Shown: positions 25,250 through 42,460 of the stretch, piece after piece | How positions within the stretch are numbered: the first letter of the stretch is position 1 | Layout: every line of letters begins with the position of its first letter | Assembly: GCA_964016885.1 (NCBI GenBank) | Contig: OZ024752.1 | Coordinates: 35,960,001 to 36,024,000 of the forward strand | Source of the DNA: Eledone cirrhosa | Lineage: Eukaryota | Direction: 5' to 3' | DNA length: 64,000 bases | Position numbers and translations under genes: made by a program | The notes under the pieces: model-generated | What the model was told of the DNA's origin: nothing | Database searches by the model: none | Seen by the model: the letters and a program-made list of their open reading frames with translations, nothing else

Positions 25250-25400
25250 AACGCTGTTAATACAAGTATGTATTGTTGTGTGTGTGTGGTGTGTGGTGTG
25301 TGTGTGTTTGTGTGTGTTTGTGTGTGTGTGTGTGTGTGTGCATGTCTGTATGTGCATATATATGTATATATATAACGCTGTTAATATAAGTATGTATTGC

Positions 25401-25449
<49 letters not shown>

Positions 25450-25534
25450 ATGTCTGTATGTGCATATATATGTATATATATAACGCTGTTAATACAAGTA
25501 TGTATTGCTGTGTGTGTGGTGTGTGTGTGTGTGC

Positions 25535-25582
<48 letters not shown>

Positions 25583-26010
25583 ATGTATGTATGTGCATAT
25601 ATATGTATATATATAACGCTGTTAATACAAGTATGTATTGCTGTGTGTGTGTGGTGTGTGTGTGTGTGTGTGTGGATGGATGGATGCGTATATGGATGCA
25701 TGTGTGTATGTATGTATGCATGTATGTATGTATGTGCATATATATGTATATATATAACGCTGTTAATACAAGTATGTATTGCTGTGTGTGTGTGGTGTGT
25801 GTGTGTGTGTGTGTGGATGGATGGATGCGTATATGGATGCATGTGTGTATGTATGTGTGCATGTATGTATGTATGTGCATATATATGTATATATATAACG
25901 CTGTTAATACAAGTATGCATTGCTGTGTGTGTGTGTGTGTGGATGGATGGATGCGTATATGTATGCATGGATGGATGCATGTGTGCATGTATGTGTGCAT
26001 GTATGTATGT
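25250..26010. repeat. Tandem ~110-140-bp repeat built on (GT)n/(GTAT)n
   Basis: The anchor taacgctgttaatacaagtatgtattgctg recurs six times. Confidence 0.9.
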
Positions 26011-26249
26011 GCATATATATATATATATATACACACACACATACACACACACACACACACACTCTCACACACACTCACTCACACATACACTACATACATA
26101 TATATATACTACAAAATATAAATATATACATGTGCACATGGGTTTATACATACACACACGCGCACACATCTACAAGCATGCGTATGCACACACATTAATG
26201 GAGACACACACACACACATGCCCCCCCCACACACACACACGTCCCCCCC

Positions 26250-26286
<37 letters not shown>

Positions 26287-26442
26287 GAAAAAATATGACC
26301 CCGACGGCAGAGATAGCCGCCGAAACGGCTTGAGCTCTGCCGTCGGGGGTCATACTGTTTCTTATTTCCCGCTCTACTACCCTAAGTATTGAGTACTCTG
26401 GTGCATTATGGTCCATCTGGTTCCCTACCACAATTCCTTCGT

Positions 26443-26526
<84 letters not shown>

Positions 26527-26988
26527 GTGTGTGTGTGTGTGTGTGAGAGAGTGTGTATGTATGTATGTGTATATATACGTATATGCATGTCTACGTTTGT
26601 GTATAAGTGTAATATGTGCGCGCTCTAATATGTATATGTATGTCTATACCGTAATAAAATTCATGGTGTGGGTGTTTTAAGTGCGGTTGTACCGGAGTGT
26701 AAAGGGGAGGGGTGCGAGAACTGGTCATATATATATATATATATGTATGTATGTGTGTATGTATGTATGTATCTGCCGTGGATGTTTATGGTTCTGACAC
26801 TATATATATATATATAGATATATATATAATATATATATATATATGAAGTAATTCCGTCGGAAAGGTCCAGGAAAAAAGAGTGCTCTATGTAGGTTACAGA
26901 GCTTATTAGTTATGTAATAAACAACATAAGATAATTATTTCATTTACCAGTGGTTTCTTGAAAGCAAGCAAAAAAAACACCAGGATTT

Positions 26989-27048
26989 TTTCATTCTGAT
27001 GACTGAAAGCAAATTTGTTTGCTTTCAAGAAACCACTGGTAAATGAAA
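26989..27048 (+). ncRNA. Type I hammerhead ribozyme
   Basis: tttcatt-CTGATGA-c tgaaagcaaa tttg tttgctttca a-GAAA-cc act gg-TA-aatgaaa. Stem I is 7 bp, stem II is 10 bp. A partial inverted copy lies at ~26906-26967. Confidence 0.88.
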
Positions 27049-27077
27049 TAATTATCTTATGTTGTTTATTACATAAC

Positions 27078-27118
<41 letters not shown>

Positions 27119-27196
27119 ATAATTATAAATTTGAAGACTAAAATCCAAAGAGGGCTCGATAAGGATAAATATATATCAGGTATATTTATATATTTA

Positions 27197-27532
<336 letters not shown>

Positions 27533-27747
27533 AAGGCGTGTGGCTGAGTGATTAGAGAATTGGATTCGCAATCGTAAGGTTGTGAGTTCGATTCCTGGAC
27601 CAGGCGATGCGTTATGTCCTTGAGCAAGACACATTATTTCACGTTGCTCCTTCTACCTGGAGTTGCGACCGATAGATAGTATTAGCAATTGGAAAGACCA
27701 ACGGAAACATTGTTCCCTCGGTCCGATTCGACGAAAGTCGATCGTTC

Positions 27748-27783
<36 letters not shown>

Positions 27784-27820
27784 TAAAGTTTAAGCAAAGA
27801 ATTATTGCTTTCACCCTTAA

Positions 27821-27856
<36 letters not shown>

Positions 27857-27973
27857 CATTGCTTATATATATATATATATATATATCATTGCTCTATATA
27901 TATATATCATTGCTTTCACCCTTAACTCTCTCTCTATATATATATAGAGAGAGAGAGAGAGAGACCAGCAGAT

Positions 27974-28004
<31 letters not shown>

Positions 28005-28440
28005 ACGTAAAGAAAGGAACAGAAAAGGGATAGAAAAGGAACGAAAAAGGCCGAAAAATAGCGAAAAAGGCCGAAAAAGTTAGAGAAAGAAACAGAGGCG
28101 AAAAGATTCTCGGGGAAGCGAAAAACTATAAAGAAAGTGGAATAAAAAGTTTTTTCTTTGTTCATTTTTCTTTTCCTCTTCTCCTCTCTTCTTTCCTTCA
28201 TTTTCCACCCCAGCAAAAATTGTTGATTATTACATAAAAGAAAATAAAGATTTTTTTTTTTTTTTCTCCAATAAATCCGGGGAGTTTATTTGCATGAGGA
28301 TACAAGCGAAATCCCAAGTGCTTTTCATAATGTGATCTTGAAAAACTTACCTTAGTATTGTTTATGTATAGATTTGTAATTCTTTCGGAAGTTAATTCGC
28401 TGTAACAGCAGCGGCAGGCTTTTAGTAAACAGGACAGATG

Positions 28441-28487
<47 letters not shown>

Positions 28488-28621
28488 TGTTTGTGTATGT
28501 ATGTATAATGTATGTGTAATGTATGTGTAATGTATGTGTAATGTATGTGTATGTATTTGTTACGGAAAGTCTAAGAGTGCGTGCTTCATTTTCTTCTCTC
28601 TCTCTCTCTTTCTTTTTCTTT

Positions 28622-28637
28622 CACTACTACTGCTACG

Positions 28638-28678
<41 letters not shown>

Positions 28679-28711
28679 TACTACTACTCATACTACTACT
28701 ACTACTATTCA

Positions 28712-28755
<44 letters not shown>

Positions 28756-29050
28756 GCACCACAACCACTGCCACCAAAACTACCACCGCAAGCACACCAC
28801 CACCACCACCACCACTACCACCACCCCCTGCTCACCACCACCACCACTACCACCACCCACCCCCTGCTCACCACCACCACTACCACAACCTCATCATCAT
28901 ATTGTTGAAGTAACACCCACCACCACCACCACCACCACCACCACCACACACCACCACCACCACCACTACTACCAACACCACCTCTACCACCACCACACAC
29001 CACCACCACCACCACCACCACCACCACCACCACCACCACCACCACCAACT
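28622..29050. repeat. (CTA)n/(CCA)n microsatellites
   Basis: Visible directly. Confidence 0.95.
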
Positions 29051-29179
29051 TCAATGTGCTTCCTTTTCCTACACGTGAAGTTCACACACACACTCACATA
29101 TACATGAATGTACACATGCATACATAATTATTTATATATTCAATTTAAACGTCCGTATAGAGCTAATAAGCCATGACAG

Positions 29180-30400
29180 ACACACATACATACATACATA
29201 CATACATACATACATACATACATACATACATACATACATACTTCCATATACACATGAATACATACTTACATAAATACATACATACATACATACATACATA
29301 CATACATACTTCCATATACACATGAATACATACTTACATAAATACATACATACATAAATACATACATACATACATACATACTTCCATATACACATGAATA
29401 CATACTTACATAAATACATACATACATAAATACATACATACATACATACATACTTCCATATACACATGAATACATACTTACATAAATACATACATACATA
29501 CATACATACATACATACATACTTCCATATACACATGAATACATACTTACATATATACATACATACATACATACATACATACATACTTCCATATACACATG
29601 AATACATACTTACATAAATACATACATACATACATACATACATACATACATACATACTTCCATATACACATGAATACATACTTACATAAATACATACATA
29701 CATACATACATACATACATACTTCCATATACACATGAATACATACTTACATAAATACATACATACATACATACATACATACATACTTCCATATATACATG
29801 AATACATACTTACATAAATACATACATACATACATACATACATACATACTTCCATATACACATGAATACATACTTACATAAATACATACATACATACATA
29901 CATACATACATACATACTTCCATATACACATGAATACATACTTACATAAATACATACATACATACATACATACATACATACTTCCATATACACATGAATA
30001 CATACTTACATAAATACATACATACATACATACATACATACATACATACATACTTCCATATACACATGAATACATACTTACATAAATACATACATACATA
30101 CATACATACATACATACATACATACTTCCATATACACATGAATACATACTTACATAAATACATACATACATACATACATACATACATACATACATACTTC
30201 CATATACACATGAATACATACTTACATAAATACATACATACATACATACATACATACATACATACATACTTCCATATACACATGAATACATACTTACATA
30301 AATACATACATACATAAATACATACATACATACTTCCATATATACATGAATACATACTTACATATATACATACATACATACATGTATACATACGTACATA
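29180..30400. repeat. Higher-order (CATA)n minisatellite, ~60-72-bp units
   Basis: The anchor cttccatatacacatgaatacatacttacataaa alternates with variable (CATA)n. Confidence 0.95.
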
Positions 30401-30435
30401 TATGCAACCATGTATACATACACATACATACACAT

Positions 30436-30478
<43 letters not shown>

Positions 30479-30575
30479 CGTTCATGTATGCAACACACAT
30501 ATAATTCATTCACATATTTACAAAATCCCTCGAAGATCACTTCGTTTGTAACCGGTTTGAATCCTGAACGGAAAT

Positions 30576-30714
<139 letters not shown>

Positions 30715-30783
30715 AGCAAATAAATAAGTGTAGGAATCGCAAGTCGTTATAACAAAATATTTATATAATTCTTACATGATGTG

Positions 30784-30836
<53 letters not shown>

Positions 30837-30998
30837 CACAAAATCTGTGGATAAAATCTCTGTCTTGATTTTTTTTTAATTGAGTTTGAATTATTTTCCC
30901 ACATCTTACGTTAATTATTTTCCATTTTGACGTTATAGTCACTTATATATTATGAAATACCGTTGGCTTCTTGCTCTACATTAATTTCTCTATTTTCA

Positions 30999-31188
30999 GG
31001 GCGGTGGATTGGCAGTATCGGTAGAGGGTCGGACGCCATGCTTTGACGTATAGAGTTACGGCCCTTGCCATTCTGAGTTCAAATCCCGCCGAGGTTAACT
31101 TTGCCTTTCATCCTTACGGGGGATCGATAAAATAAAGTACCAGTAATGCACTGGTTAATTTGCTGGCCTTGTGCCTAAAGTACAAACA
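30999..31188 (+). mobile_element. Full-length Nin/Deu-domain SINE with 19-bp TSD
   Basis: attaatttctctattttca at 30980-30998 and 31189-31207. Confidence 0.92.
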
Positions 31189-31206
31189 ATTAATTTCTCT
31201 ATTTTC

Positions 31207-31256
<50 letters not shown>

Positions 31257-31340
31257 GTTATTCCGGGTTGAATCGGAGGTAACCACAGTAAGTAAGGTAC
31301 TCAATACATTGCAGAGTATAAAAGTTTTAATATAGATGAG

Positions 31341-31387
31341 ATTCTACAGGACTAGAACTGTTTCATTCTTTAGAAATCATCAGGAAT
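31341..31387 (-). ncRNA. Type I hammerhead ribozyme (24806 family)
   Basis: Identical core; stem I reduced to attc/gaat. Confidence 0.75.
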
Positions 31388-31413
31388 ATAACCATAGTGG
31401 CCGTATAATAAAA

Positions 31414-31467
<54 letters not shown>

Positions 31468-31704
31468 GAAGGAGGTGTGGTAAGGAACCAGATGATGGAC
31501 CATAACGCACCAGAGTACTCAATACTATGGGTAGTAGAGTGGGTAATAGGAGAAGAGTTCTGAACTCTGTCGAAACGGCCGGAGCTCAGCCGTCGACATC
31601 CTGACTCTGTTGCTATATCTATATATATATATATATACATGTGTATATATATATATAGATATATATATATACATATGTATATATATATATCTATATATAT
31701 ATAT

Positions 31705-32574
31705 ATACATGTGTGGAGAGATGACCCCTTAGCCTTTGTCAATGCAGAATTCTAGGAGAAGGAAAACTCTGATATAACACCTGCAACTCTGATGGTATCC
31801 AATGATGTTGACTTGTTCTTCTTTTTGGTAAATATCATCTTGGTTAAGAGAGTGGGACTGGCTTTGTGCAGTGCCTTTGCTCACTATAAAAGCTTCACGG
31901 CACAGGCATTGCTTTATATCTGGAGATCTCTCTGTACTTGTCGTCACATGGTACCATGGGCCCAGCGCTGTGTCAATAATTGTCACAAGTGTAGTGTTTG
32001 TACCAGAGTTTTCAAGTCGCTGGCTGGACTAAAAATTCACACTCGTTCAGCGCATCGGTAGGGGTTCTCCTACATGGATATAAAGTAGTGGCCGTACTCG
32101 AAAACGAGTTGGCAGCCACCATATACATGTATATATATATATATATATACATGTGTGGAGAGATGACCCCTTAGCCTTTGTCAATGCAGAATTCTAGGAG
32201 AAGGAAAACTCTGATATAACACCTGCAACCCTGATGGTATCCAATGATGTTGACTTGTTCTTCTTTTTGGTAAATATCATCTTGGTTAAGAGAGTGGGAC
32301 TGGCTTCGTGCAGTGCCTTTGCTCACTATAAAAGCTTCACGGCACAGGCATTGCTTTGTATCTGGAGATCTCTCTGCACTTGTCGTCACATGGTACCATG
32401 GGCCCAGCGCTGTGTCAATAATTGTCACAGGTGTAGTGTTTGTACCAGAGTTTTCAAGTCGCTGGCTGGACTAAAAATTCACACTCGTTCACACTCGTTC
32501 AGCGCATCGGTAGGGGTTCTCCTACATGGATATAAAGTAGTGGCCGTACTCGAAAACGAGTTGGCAGCCACCAT

Positions 32575-32605
<31 letters not shown>

Positions 32606-32940
32606 CATGTGTGGAGAGATGACCCCTTAGCCTTTGTCAATGCAGAATTCTAGGAGAAGGAAAACTCTGATATAACACCTGCAACCCTGATGGTATCCAA
32701 TGATGTTGACTTGTTCTTCTTTTTGGTAAATATCATCTTGGTTAAGAGAGTGGGACTGGCTTCGTGCAGTGCCTTTGCTCACTATAAAAGCTTCACGGCA
32801 CAGGCATTGCTTTATATCTGGAGATCTCTCTGTACTTGTCGTCACATGGCACCATGGGCCCAGCGCTGTGTCAATAATTGTCACAAGTGTAGTGTTTGTA
32901 CCAGAGTTTTCAAGTCGAAAACGAGTTGGCAGCCACCATA
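31705..32940 (+). mobile_element. Tandem triplication of a 5'-truncated non-autonomous RTE-derived element
   Basis: Periods of 442 and 456 bp. The first two copies end in a CSVC-x12-H zinc-finger remnant (deleted in the third); all end in ggcagccacc followed by (AT)n. Confidence 0.8.
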
Positions 32941-33154
32941 TATATACATGTGTGGTGTGTGTGGTGTGTAGAGTGAGAGAGAGGGTGGAGGTTCTTGAGT
33001 GGACATGGCTGTCTGGTTACTATGACCACGTGCTTCCGGTTTCGATCCTATGACGTGTTATACTTTAACCAAGGATGGATCTTGTAGCATAGCCTCGAGT
33101 CGATGAACAGCTCATGTCTAGACGGAAACTGCAAGGAAGCCGGTCCTATATATG

Positions 33155-35665
<2,511 letters not shown>

Positions 35666-35834
35666 ATGCCTCCCATTTTCTCAGTTTTTCTCCATAGTCG
35701 TCTGCTTTCTATCTTCCTTTCGTTCGTTGTTGCGTAACCAAGTCTGAGTTATAATTAACCATCCAAAGCGATATTTAAAGAAGTTAATTCTAATATTCCC
35801 CTTCAAATATAGACGTCATTCGGCCCCCATTTCT

Positions 35835-36298
35835 TTAGGTTCTGAGTTCAAATCCCGCCGATGTCAGCTTTTTGCCTTTCATCTTTAGGTGGACGGTAAA
35901 ATAAAGTACCAGTAATGCACTAGGGTGGATTTAATCGACTATACCCTCCTCCCCCTTCAAATTGTTGGCCTTGTGCCAAATCCCGTCAGTGGACGCTAAA
36001 CTAAAGTACCAGTAATGCACTAGGGTGGATTTAATCGACTATACCCCCCCCCCTTTTCAAATTGCTGGCCTTGTGCCAAATCCCGTCAGTGGACGGTAAA
36101 ATAAAGTACCAGTAATGCACTAGGGTCAATTTAATCGATTATACCCCCCCCCTTTCAAATTGTTGGCCTTGTGCCAAATCCCGTCAGTAGACGGTAAACT
36201 AAAGTACCAGTAATGAACTAGGGTCAATTTAATCGGCTATACCCTCCCCCCCCCCCTTTCAAATTGCTGGCCTTGTGCCTACACCAGAAACCATTATA
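35835..36298 (+). mobile_element. Nin/Deu SINE with its 3' ~100 bp tandemly repeated four times
   Basis: gtggacggtaaaataaagtaccagtaatgcactaggg...ggccttgtgcc occurs four times. Confidence 0.85.
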
Positions 36299-36659
36299 TG
36301 CCACGTGTCTGTACTTTAGTGAATGTGTGACCCACGTGTTATAGAAGTACATGTTTTATGGTGTGGGCGAATCTATGGGGGTTATTGCGTGCACGAGTGT
36401 CATAACACGTGTTCCTTACAGCTGCTGTTGTCGTTGTTGTTATTGTTTAAGCCTTAGATGGTTGACCCTGATTAATCAAATAAGATATATAAGGGTTTGT
36501 AGTATAGGCACAAGGCCAGTAATTTTTTTTTTGGGGGGGGGGGGTTAGGGGTAAGTCGATTAATTCGACTTTTCCCCCTCCCCAGTACGTTACTGCTACT
36601 TTATTTTATCGACCCCTCCCCCCGTAAGGATGAAAGGCAAAATTAACCTCGGCGGTATA

Positions 36660-37450
36660 TTGATGGTTGCGGTGGTGGTGGTGGTGGTGGTGCTGATGGT
36701 GGTGGTGGCGGTGGTGCTGATGGTGGTGGTGGCGGTGGTGGTGGTAGCGGTGTTGATGGTGGTGGCGGTAGCGGTGGTGGTGGTGTGGTGGTGGTGGTGG
36801 TAGGGGCGTTGATGGTGGTGGTGGTGGTGGTGGTGGTGGTAGGGGCGTTGATGGTGGTGGTGGTGGCGGTAGCGGTGGTGGTGGTGGTGGTGGTAGCGGT
36901 GGTGGTGTTGATGGTGATGGTGGTGGTGGTAGCGGTGTTGATGGTGGTGGTGGTGGTGGTGGTGGTGGTGGTGGTGGTAGGGGCGTTGATGGTGGTGGTG
37001 GTGGCGGTAGCGGTGGTGGTGGTGGTGGTGGTAGCGGTGGTGGTGTTGATGGTGGTGGTGGTGGTGGTAGCGGTGGCGGTGGTGGTAGGGGTGTTGATGG
37101 TGGTGGTGGTGGTGGTAGCGGTGGCGGTGGTGGTAGGGGTGTTGATGGTGGTGGTGGTGGTGGTAGCGGTGTTGATGGTGGTGGTGGTGGTGGTAGCGGT
37201 GGCGGTGGTGGTAGGGGTGTTGATGGTGGTGGTGGTGGTGGTAGCGGTGGCGGTGGTGGTAGGGGTGTTGATGGTGGTGGTGGTGGTAGCGGTGTTGATG
37301 GTGGTGTTGGTGGTAGTGTTGATGGTGGTGGTGGTGGTAGCGGTGTTGATGGTGTTGATGGTGGCGGTGGTGATGATGGTGGTGTTGATGGTGGTAGCGG
37401 TGTTGATGGTGGTGGTGGTGGTGGTGGTGGTGGTGATGGTGGTGGTCGTC
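36660..37450. repeat. Degenerate (GGT)n array
   Basis: Visible directly. Confidence 0.95.
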
Positions 37451-37752
37451 GTGCGTCATTCATTGTCACTGTATATCGATCTGAGATTAATCTAACGGGA
37501 AAATCCATTTCAATAAAAAAAAAAAAAGGGTCCTTTGAGGACCCCTAATCTAGCCTCTAATCTAGGACTGCCTAATCTATATTCAATAAGTCTTTCCTCT
37601 TACCCCATTTTTCATAAGTGGTAACCTTTGGTCCAGTGGCGCAACTGAGGAGGGCGAGCGGCGAAATGGGGCACATGCCCTAGGTGCCGTATTTACGCAC
37701 TTTTAGAAATGTACTGATTCCATATCTTTACATTTTATGATATACACAGATA

Positions 37753-37834
<82 letters not shown>

Positions 37835-37857
37835 CGTGTGTGTGTGTGTGTGTGTGC

Positions 37858-37893
<36 letters not shown>

Positions 37894-37924
37894 GTGTGTG
37901 CGTGTGTGTGTGTGTGTGCGTGTG

Positions 37925-37965
<41 letters not shown>

Positions 37966-37973
37966 GTGCGCGC

Positions 37974-38066
<93 letters not shown>

Positions 38067-38079
38067 TGTGTGTGTGTAA

Positions 38080-38340
38080 AAGCCAAATTCGCTGTCTTCA
38101 ATTCGGTAATCCGGGCCTACTTTTACTCTTACCTATGGGTCATGGATTTTGGGTAATGACCGAAAAAATATGATCGTAAATACAAGCAGCTGAAATGGGG
38201 TTTTTCCGAAGGGTTTTTTGGAGTAATGTTACTCGATAGAGTGCATGGCACGGAGATCAGGGAGTCTTTCCAGATAGAGCCGGATCAATTGGTAGCAGTT
38301 GCGTCTGATAGGGTCCTCAGGAAGATGTGTTTAAGGACTT
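38080..38340 (+). pseudogene. RTE LINE RT C-terminal fragment
   Basis: [12 protein letters not shown]...[25 protein letters not shown], typical of the post-RT region of RTE elements. Confidence 0.7.
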
Positions 38341-38893
38341 TCCTCCTATGAACCTCCCAAGAAGAAGTAGTTATATATATATATATACTGTATATGATGG
38401 CTGCAAACTCTGCCAAGAGTATTGCAAACGCTTGTCAGATTCGGATGTGTGACGCTCGGATATGGCTTTTCAAGCCTGCAAGAGTCTTGCACTCCTTCAC
38501 ACAATTATGGATCTCCCTGGCTTGAGGTCCTATAATAATAATAATAATAATGAAATTATTGTGTACAGTGCTCAGGTGCACTACAACTCATCAAAGGTGC
38601 ATGTATAGTACATAGAATAATGTACAAATGTCAGGAAAATAAACAGTGTATGAGTCATGATATAATAACAATAACGAAATATTGTGCACAGTGCCCAGGT
38701 GCACCACAACTCATCAAAAAAGTGCATGTACAGTACATAGGGCAATGCACAAACATCAGTAAAATGAACAGTGCACGAGTCATGATACACACATGTGTGC
38801 ATGTGTATGGTTGACAACAGGTTGTCCGTGAACCCTCACAACACCGTGGAGATCATAGTTCACTGGTGCTCTCACACACACACACGCACACAC

Positions 38894-38989
<96 letters not shown>

Positions 38990-39237
38990 GCACGCACACA
39001 TACATATATATACACACATACACACAGACAGACACACACACATATATATATATATGACTGCTTTATTCTGTCAGGTGATAACCATCTCATCGTTCCATTT
39101 TCGCTTAAAATTCTGTTCACTGTCATGTGCCTGTGTTATGAGATGACACTTAAGACCGCCTGATACATTACAGGGTCAACAAATATTACAGACAACTCTA
39201 ATATAGGTATACGTATGTATAAATATGTATGTATATA

Positions 39238-39846
39238 TGTCAGGTCACCAGTTGGTGCTACTGGTAACATGTATCCCAGTACAACCTGTCTCATGGTCGG
39301 GTCGTTGGCGACTAAACTGGCAACCCCACCAAGGTTTCTTGGTGAGGAGGGTGACTTTGGACATCCTGCAGGACTAAAAACAAAACCTGTCAAAGGGCAA
39401 GGGAGCTCTTAAGAGTCAATAGCCATCCAAAATCACTGGGAGAGATGACCCCTTAGCCTTTGTCAAGGCAGAATTCTAGGAGAAGGAAAACTCTGATATA
39501 ACACCTGCAACCCTGATGGTATCCAATGATGTTGACTTGTTCTTCTTTTTGGTAAATATCATCTTGGTTAAGAGAGTGGGACTGGCTTTGTGCAGTGCCT
39601 TTGCTCACTATAAAAGCTTCACAGCACAGGCATTGCTTTATATCTGGAGATCTCTCTGCACTTGTCATCACATGGTACCATGGGCCCTGCACTATGTGTC
39701 AATAATGGTCACAAGTGTAGTGTTTGTACCAGAGTTTTCAAGTCGCTGGCTGGACTAAAAAGTCACATTCGTTCAGCGCATCGGTACGGGTTCTCCTACA
39801 TGGATATAAAGTAGTGGCCGTACTCGAAAACGAGTTGGCAGCCACC
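39238..39846 (+). mobile_element. Non-autonomous bipartite RTE-derived retroposon (~610 bp)
   Basis: RTE-like 5' UTR joined to a 3' end encoding [24 protein letters not shown] (C2H2), flanked by (TA)n. Copies at 42461-43036, 56905-57197(-) and a diverged one at 60187-60378. Confidence 0.75.
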
Positions 39847-39965
39847 ATATATATATATATATATATATATATAATGGAAAAATTTGAATAGGAACAAAAC
39901 AGAGAGGCAGTACAACCAATGTTTATTAATTTCACGCTCTGGAGAGTGGGGTGGTGGTGGGGAAC

Positions 39966-39993
39966 GACGTTTCGGGCATAAGCCCTTCCTCAG
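39966..39993 (-). ncRNA. Minimal hammerhead core, 5' stem I strand lost
   Basis: Minus strand: CTGAGGA-a gggc ttat gccc-GAAA-cg-TC. Truncated into microsatellite just before the core; AATAAA lies downstream. Confidence 0.7.
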
Positions 39994-39999
39994 ATACAT

Positions 40000-40073
<74 letters not shown>

Positions 40074-40144
40074 ATGTATGTATGTATATATGTGTATGTA
40101 TGTATATATGTGTATGTATGTATATATGTATGTATGTATATATG

Positions 40145-40241
<97 letters not shown>

Positions 40242-40269
40242 GTATGTATATATATATGTATGTGTATAT

Positions 40270-40320
<51 letters not shown>

Positions 40321-40376
40321 GTGACGAAATATAAGTCAATTGCATGAACTCATAATCCTTTATTTACTGCTTTATA

Positions 40377-41664
40377 TACGAGGGGGGATCAAAAAGTTCG
40401 CTGAATTTTATCGTAGTAAGAAAAAAATAGATTAAAACAATATTAAACATATCAGAACATTGTCACTGGGTGTTTACCTTGCTATTAGTCACTTGTAGTC
40501 AGTTATGCGTGGACTATTGTACAGTACTGACACTCTTTAAAAAACCTCTTTTTGGAACAATGGAAAATAGTTATTTTGAGATAAGATCAAATATCAAGTT
40601 TCTGGTAAAACTCAAATGGAAAGGGACACAGATTATGGAGGTTTTAGTTAAAGTTTACAGTACTACTGCTCCAAAGAAAACTGATGTCTACAAATGGATT
40701 CAGCGATTCAAACAAGGGAGAGACGACCTTCGCAGTGGAAGACTAGGAACATAAAAAAATGACCAAAACGTTGAGGCTGCTCAGACTTTAATTGAAGAAG
40801 ATCGAAGAATAACAGTTAATCAGTTAGCTAAGTCCCTAGACATTTCATATGGTTCGGCAAATTCAATTCTGCACGATAATTTGGGACTAAGCAAGCTTTC
40901 AGCGCGATGGGTCCCAAAAGCGTTGCGCCCTGATCAGCTGATTCTTCGAAGTGATCTGTCTTTGGCGATATTAAACAAAATTGAAGTTGATGAAGAGCAT
41001 TTCCTGACCAGAATCATCACCGGAGATGAAACCTGGATCTACCAGTATGATGGTGAATCCAAACAGCAGTCAAAACAGTGGCTTCCACGTGGATCATCGG
41101 GGCCAATCAAGTTCAAATCTCAAAAGTCGGATCAAAAAGTGATGGCCACCATTTTCTGGGATTCAGATGGGGTGATATTAATAGATTATCTTGAAAGTCA
41201 AAGAACTGTGACAGGAGCTTACTATGCAAATGTTTTAAGGAAGCTGAAAGAGGCATTAGTCAAGAAACGAAAAGGGAAACTTCATGGTGGGATCTTGTTT
41301 CACCATGACAATGCACCAAAAGAAGTTCTTCGAGAATTTCGATGGGAAGTGCTTCCTCACCCGCCTTATAGTCCAGATTTAGCCCCATCAGACTTTTTCC
41401 TCTTTCCAAAACTCAAAGAAATGCTAAAAGGAACCCGTTTTAGTGGTGTTGAAGAAGCTAAAAACACTGCCAACACATGGCTTCGAACAAGGCCTTCAAC
41501 TTTCTTTAGAGACGGCTTACAAAGCTGGAAGCATCGCCTTGTCAAGTGTATTGACCTGGATAGCAACTATGTAGAAAAATAAATTGATGGTAAATCATAT
41601 TTTTTGAAAAATAGAATATTTTCTGAAAAATTCCGCGAACTTTTTGATCCCCCCCCCCCTCGTA
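40377..41664 (+). mobile_element. Near full-length mariner transposon (1288 bp)
   Basis: ~30-bp TIRs tacgaggggggatcaaaaagttcgc / gcgaactttttgatccccc..ctcgta, with TA flanks. Confidence 0.95.
40560..41582 (+). pseudogene. Mariner transposase pseudogene
   Basis: Single frame with one premature TAA (40752-40754). Motifs WVPK, ITGDETW, HHDNAP and HPPYSPDLAPSDF are present. The D-D spacing is 27 instead of 34, implying an in-frame deletion. Confidence 0.93.
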
Positions 41665-41829
41665 TATATATATGGGAAAATGTTTAACCTGGAGTCCAGA
41701 AATAGCCGTCGAAACGGCTTGAGCTCTGCCGTCGGGGTTAAACATTTTCCCATTACCCACTCTACTACGCTAAGTATTGAGTACTCTGGTGCGTTATGGT
41801 CCATCTGGTTCCTTACCACACTTCCTTCG

Positions 41830-41906
<77 letters not shown>

Positions 41907-42047
41907 TGTATGTATGTATGTATGTATGTATGTGTGTGTGTGTGTGTGTGTGTAATAGAATTAAGATTTACCTTCATGCATAGCTTTATATAGATATGTA
42001 TTGGAATTTCGTAATTCTAAAGAAATACGGTATGTTTATAGGTAAAC

Positions 42048-42083
<36 letters not shown>

Positions 42084-42130
42084 TCGTTAGCTTAGCCGCA
42101 GCCTAAAGCTTCGTTAATGCTGTACTAAAA

Positions 42131-42171
<41 letters not shown>

Positions 42172-42252
42172 ATATATATATATATATATGTATGTATATA
42201 TATATATATATATATGTATGTATATATGTATGTATATATGTATGTATATATG

Positions 42253-42393
<141 letters not shown>

Positions 42394-42398
42394 GTATG

Positions 42399-42439
<41 letters not shown>

Positions 42440-42460
42440 ATATGTATATATATATATATA

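Noticed and set aside
31960-32061. C2H2 zinc-finger gene
   Set aside because: A single finger at the 3' end of a multicopy RTE-derived repeat, not a host gene.
36596-37508. Poly-Pro, poly-His and poly-Val ORFs of 236-300 aa resembling extensin or formin
   Set aside because: Degenerate (GGT)n array open in several frames; it runs directly into SINE sequence.
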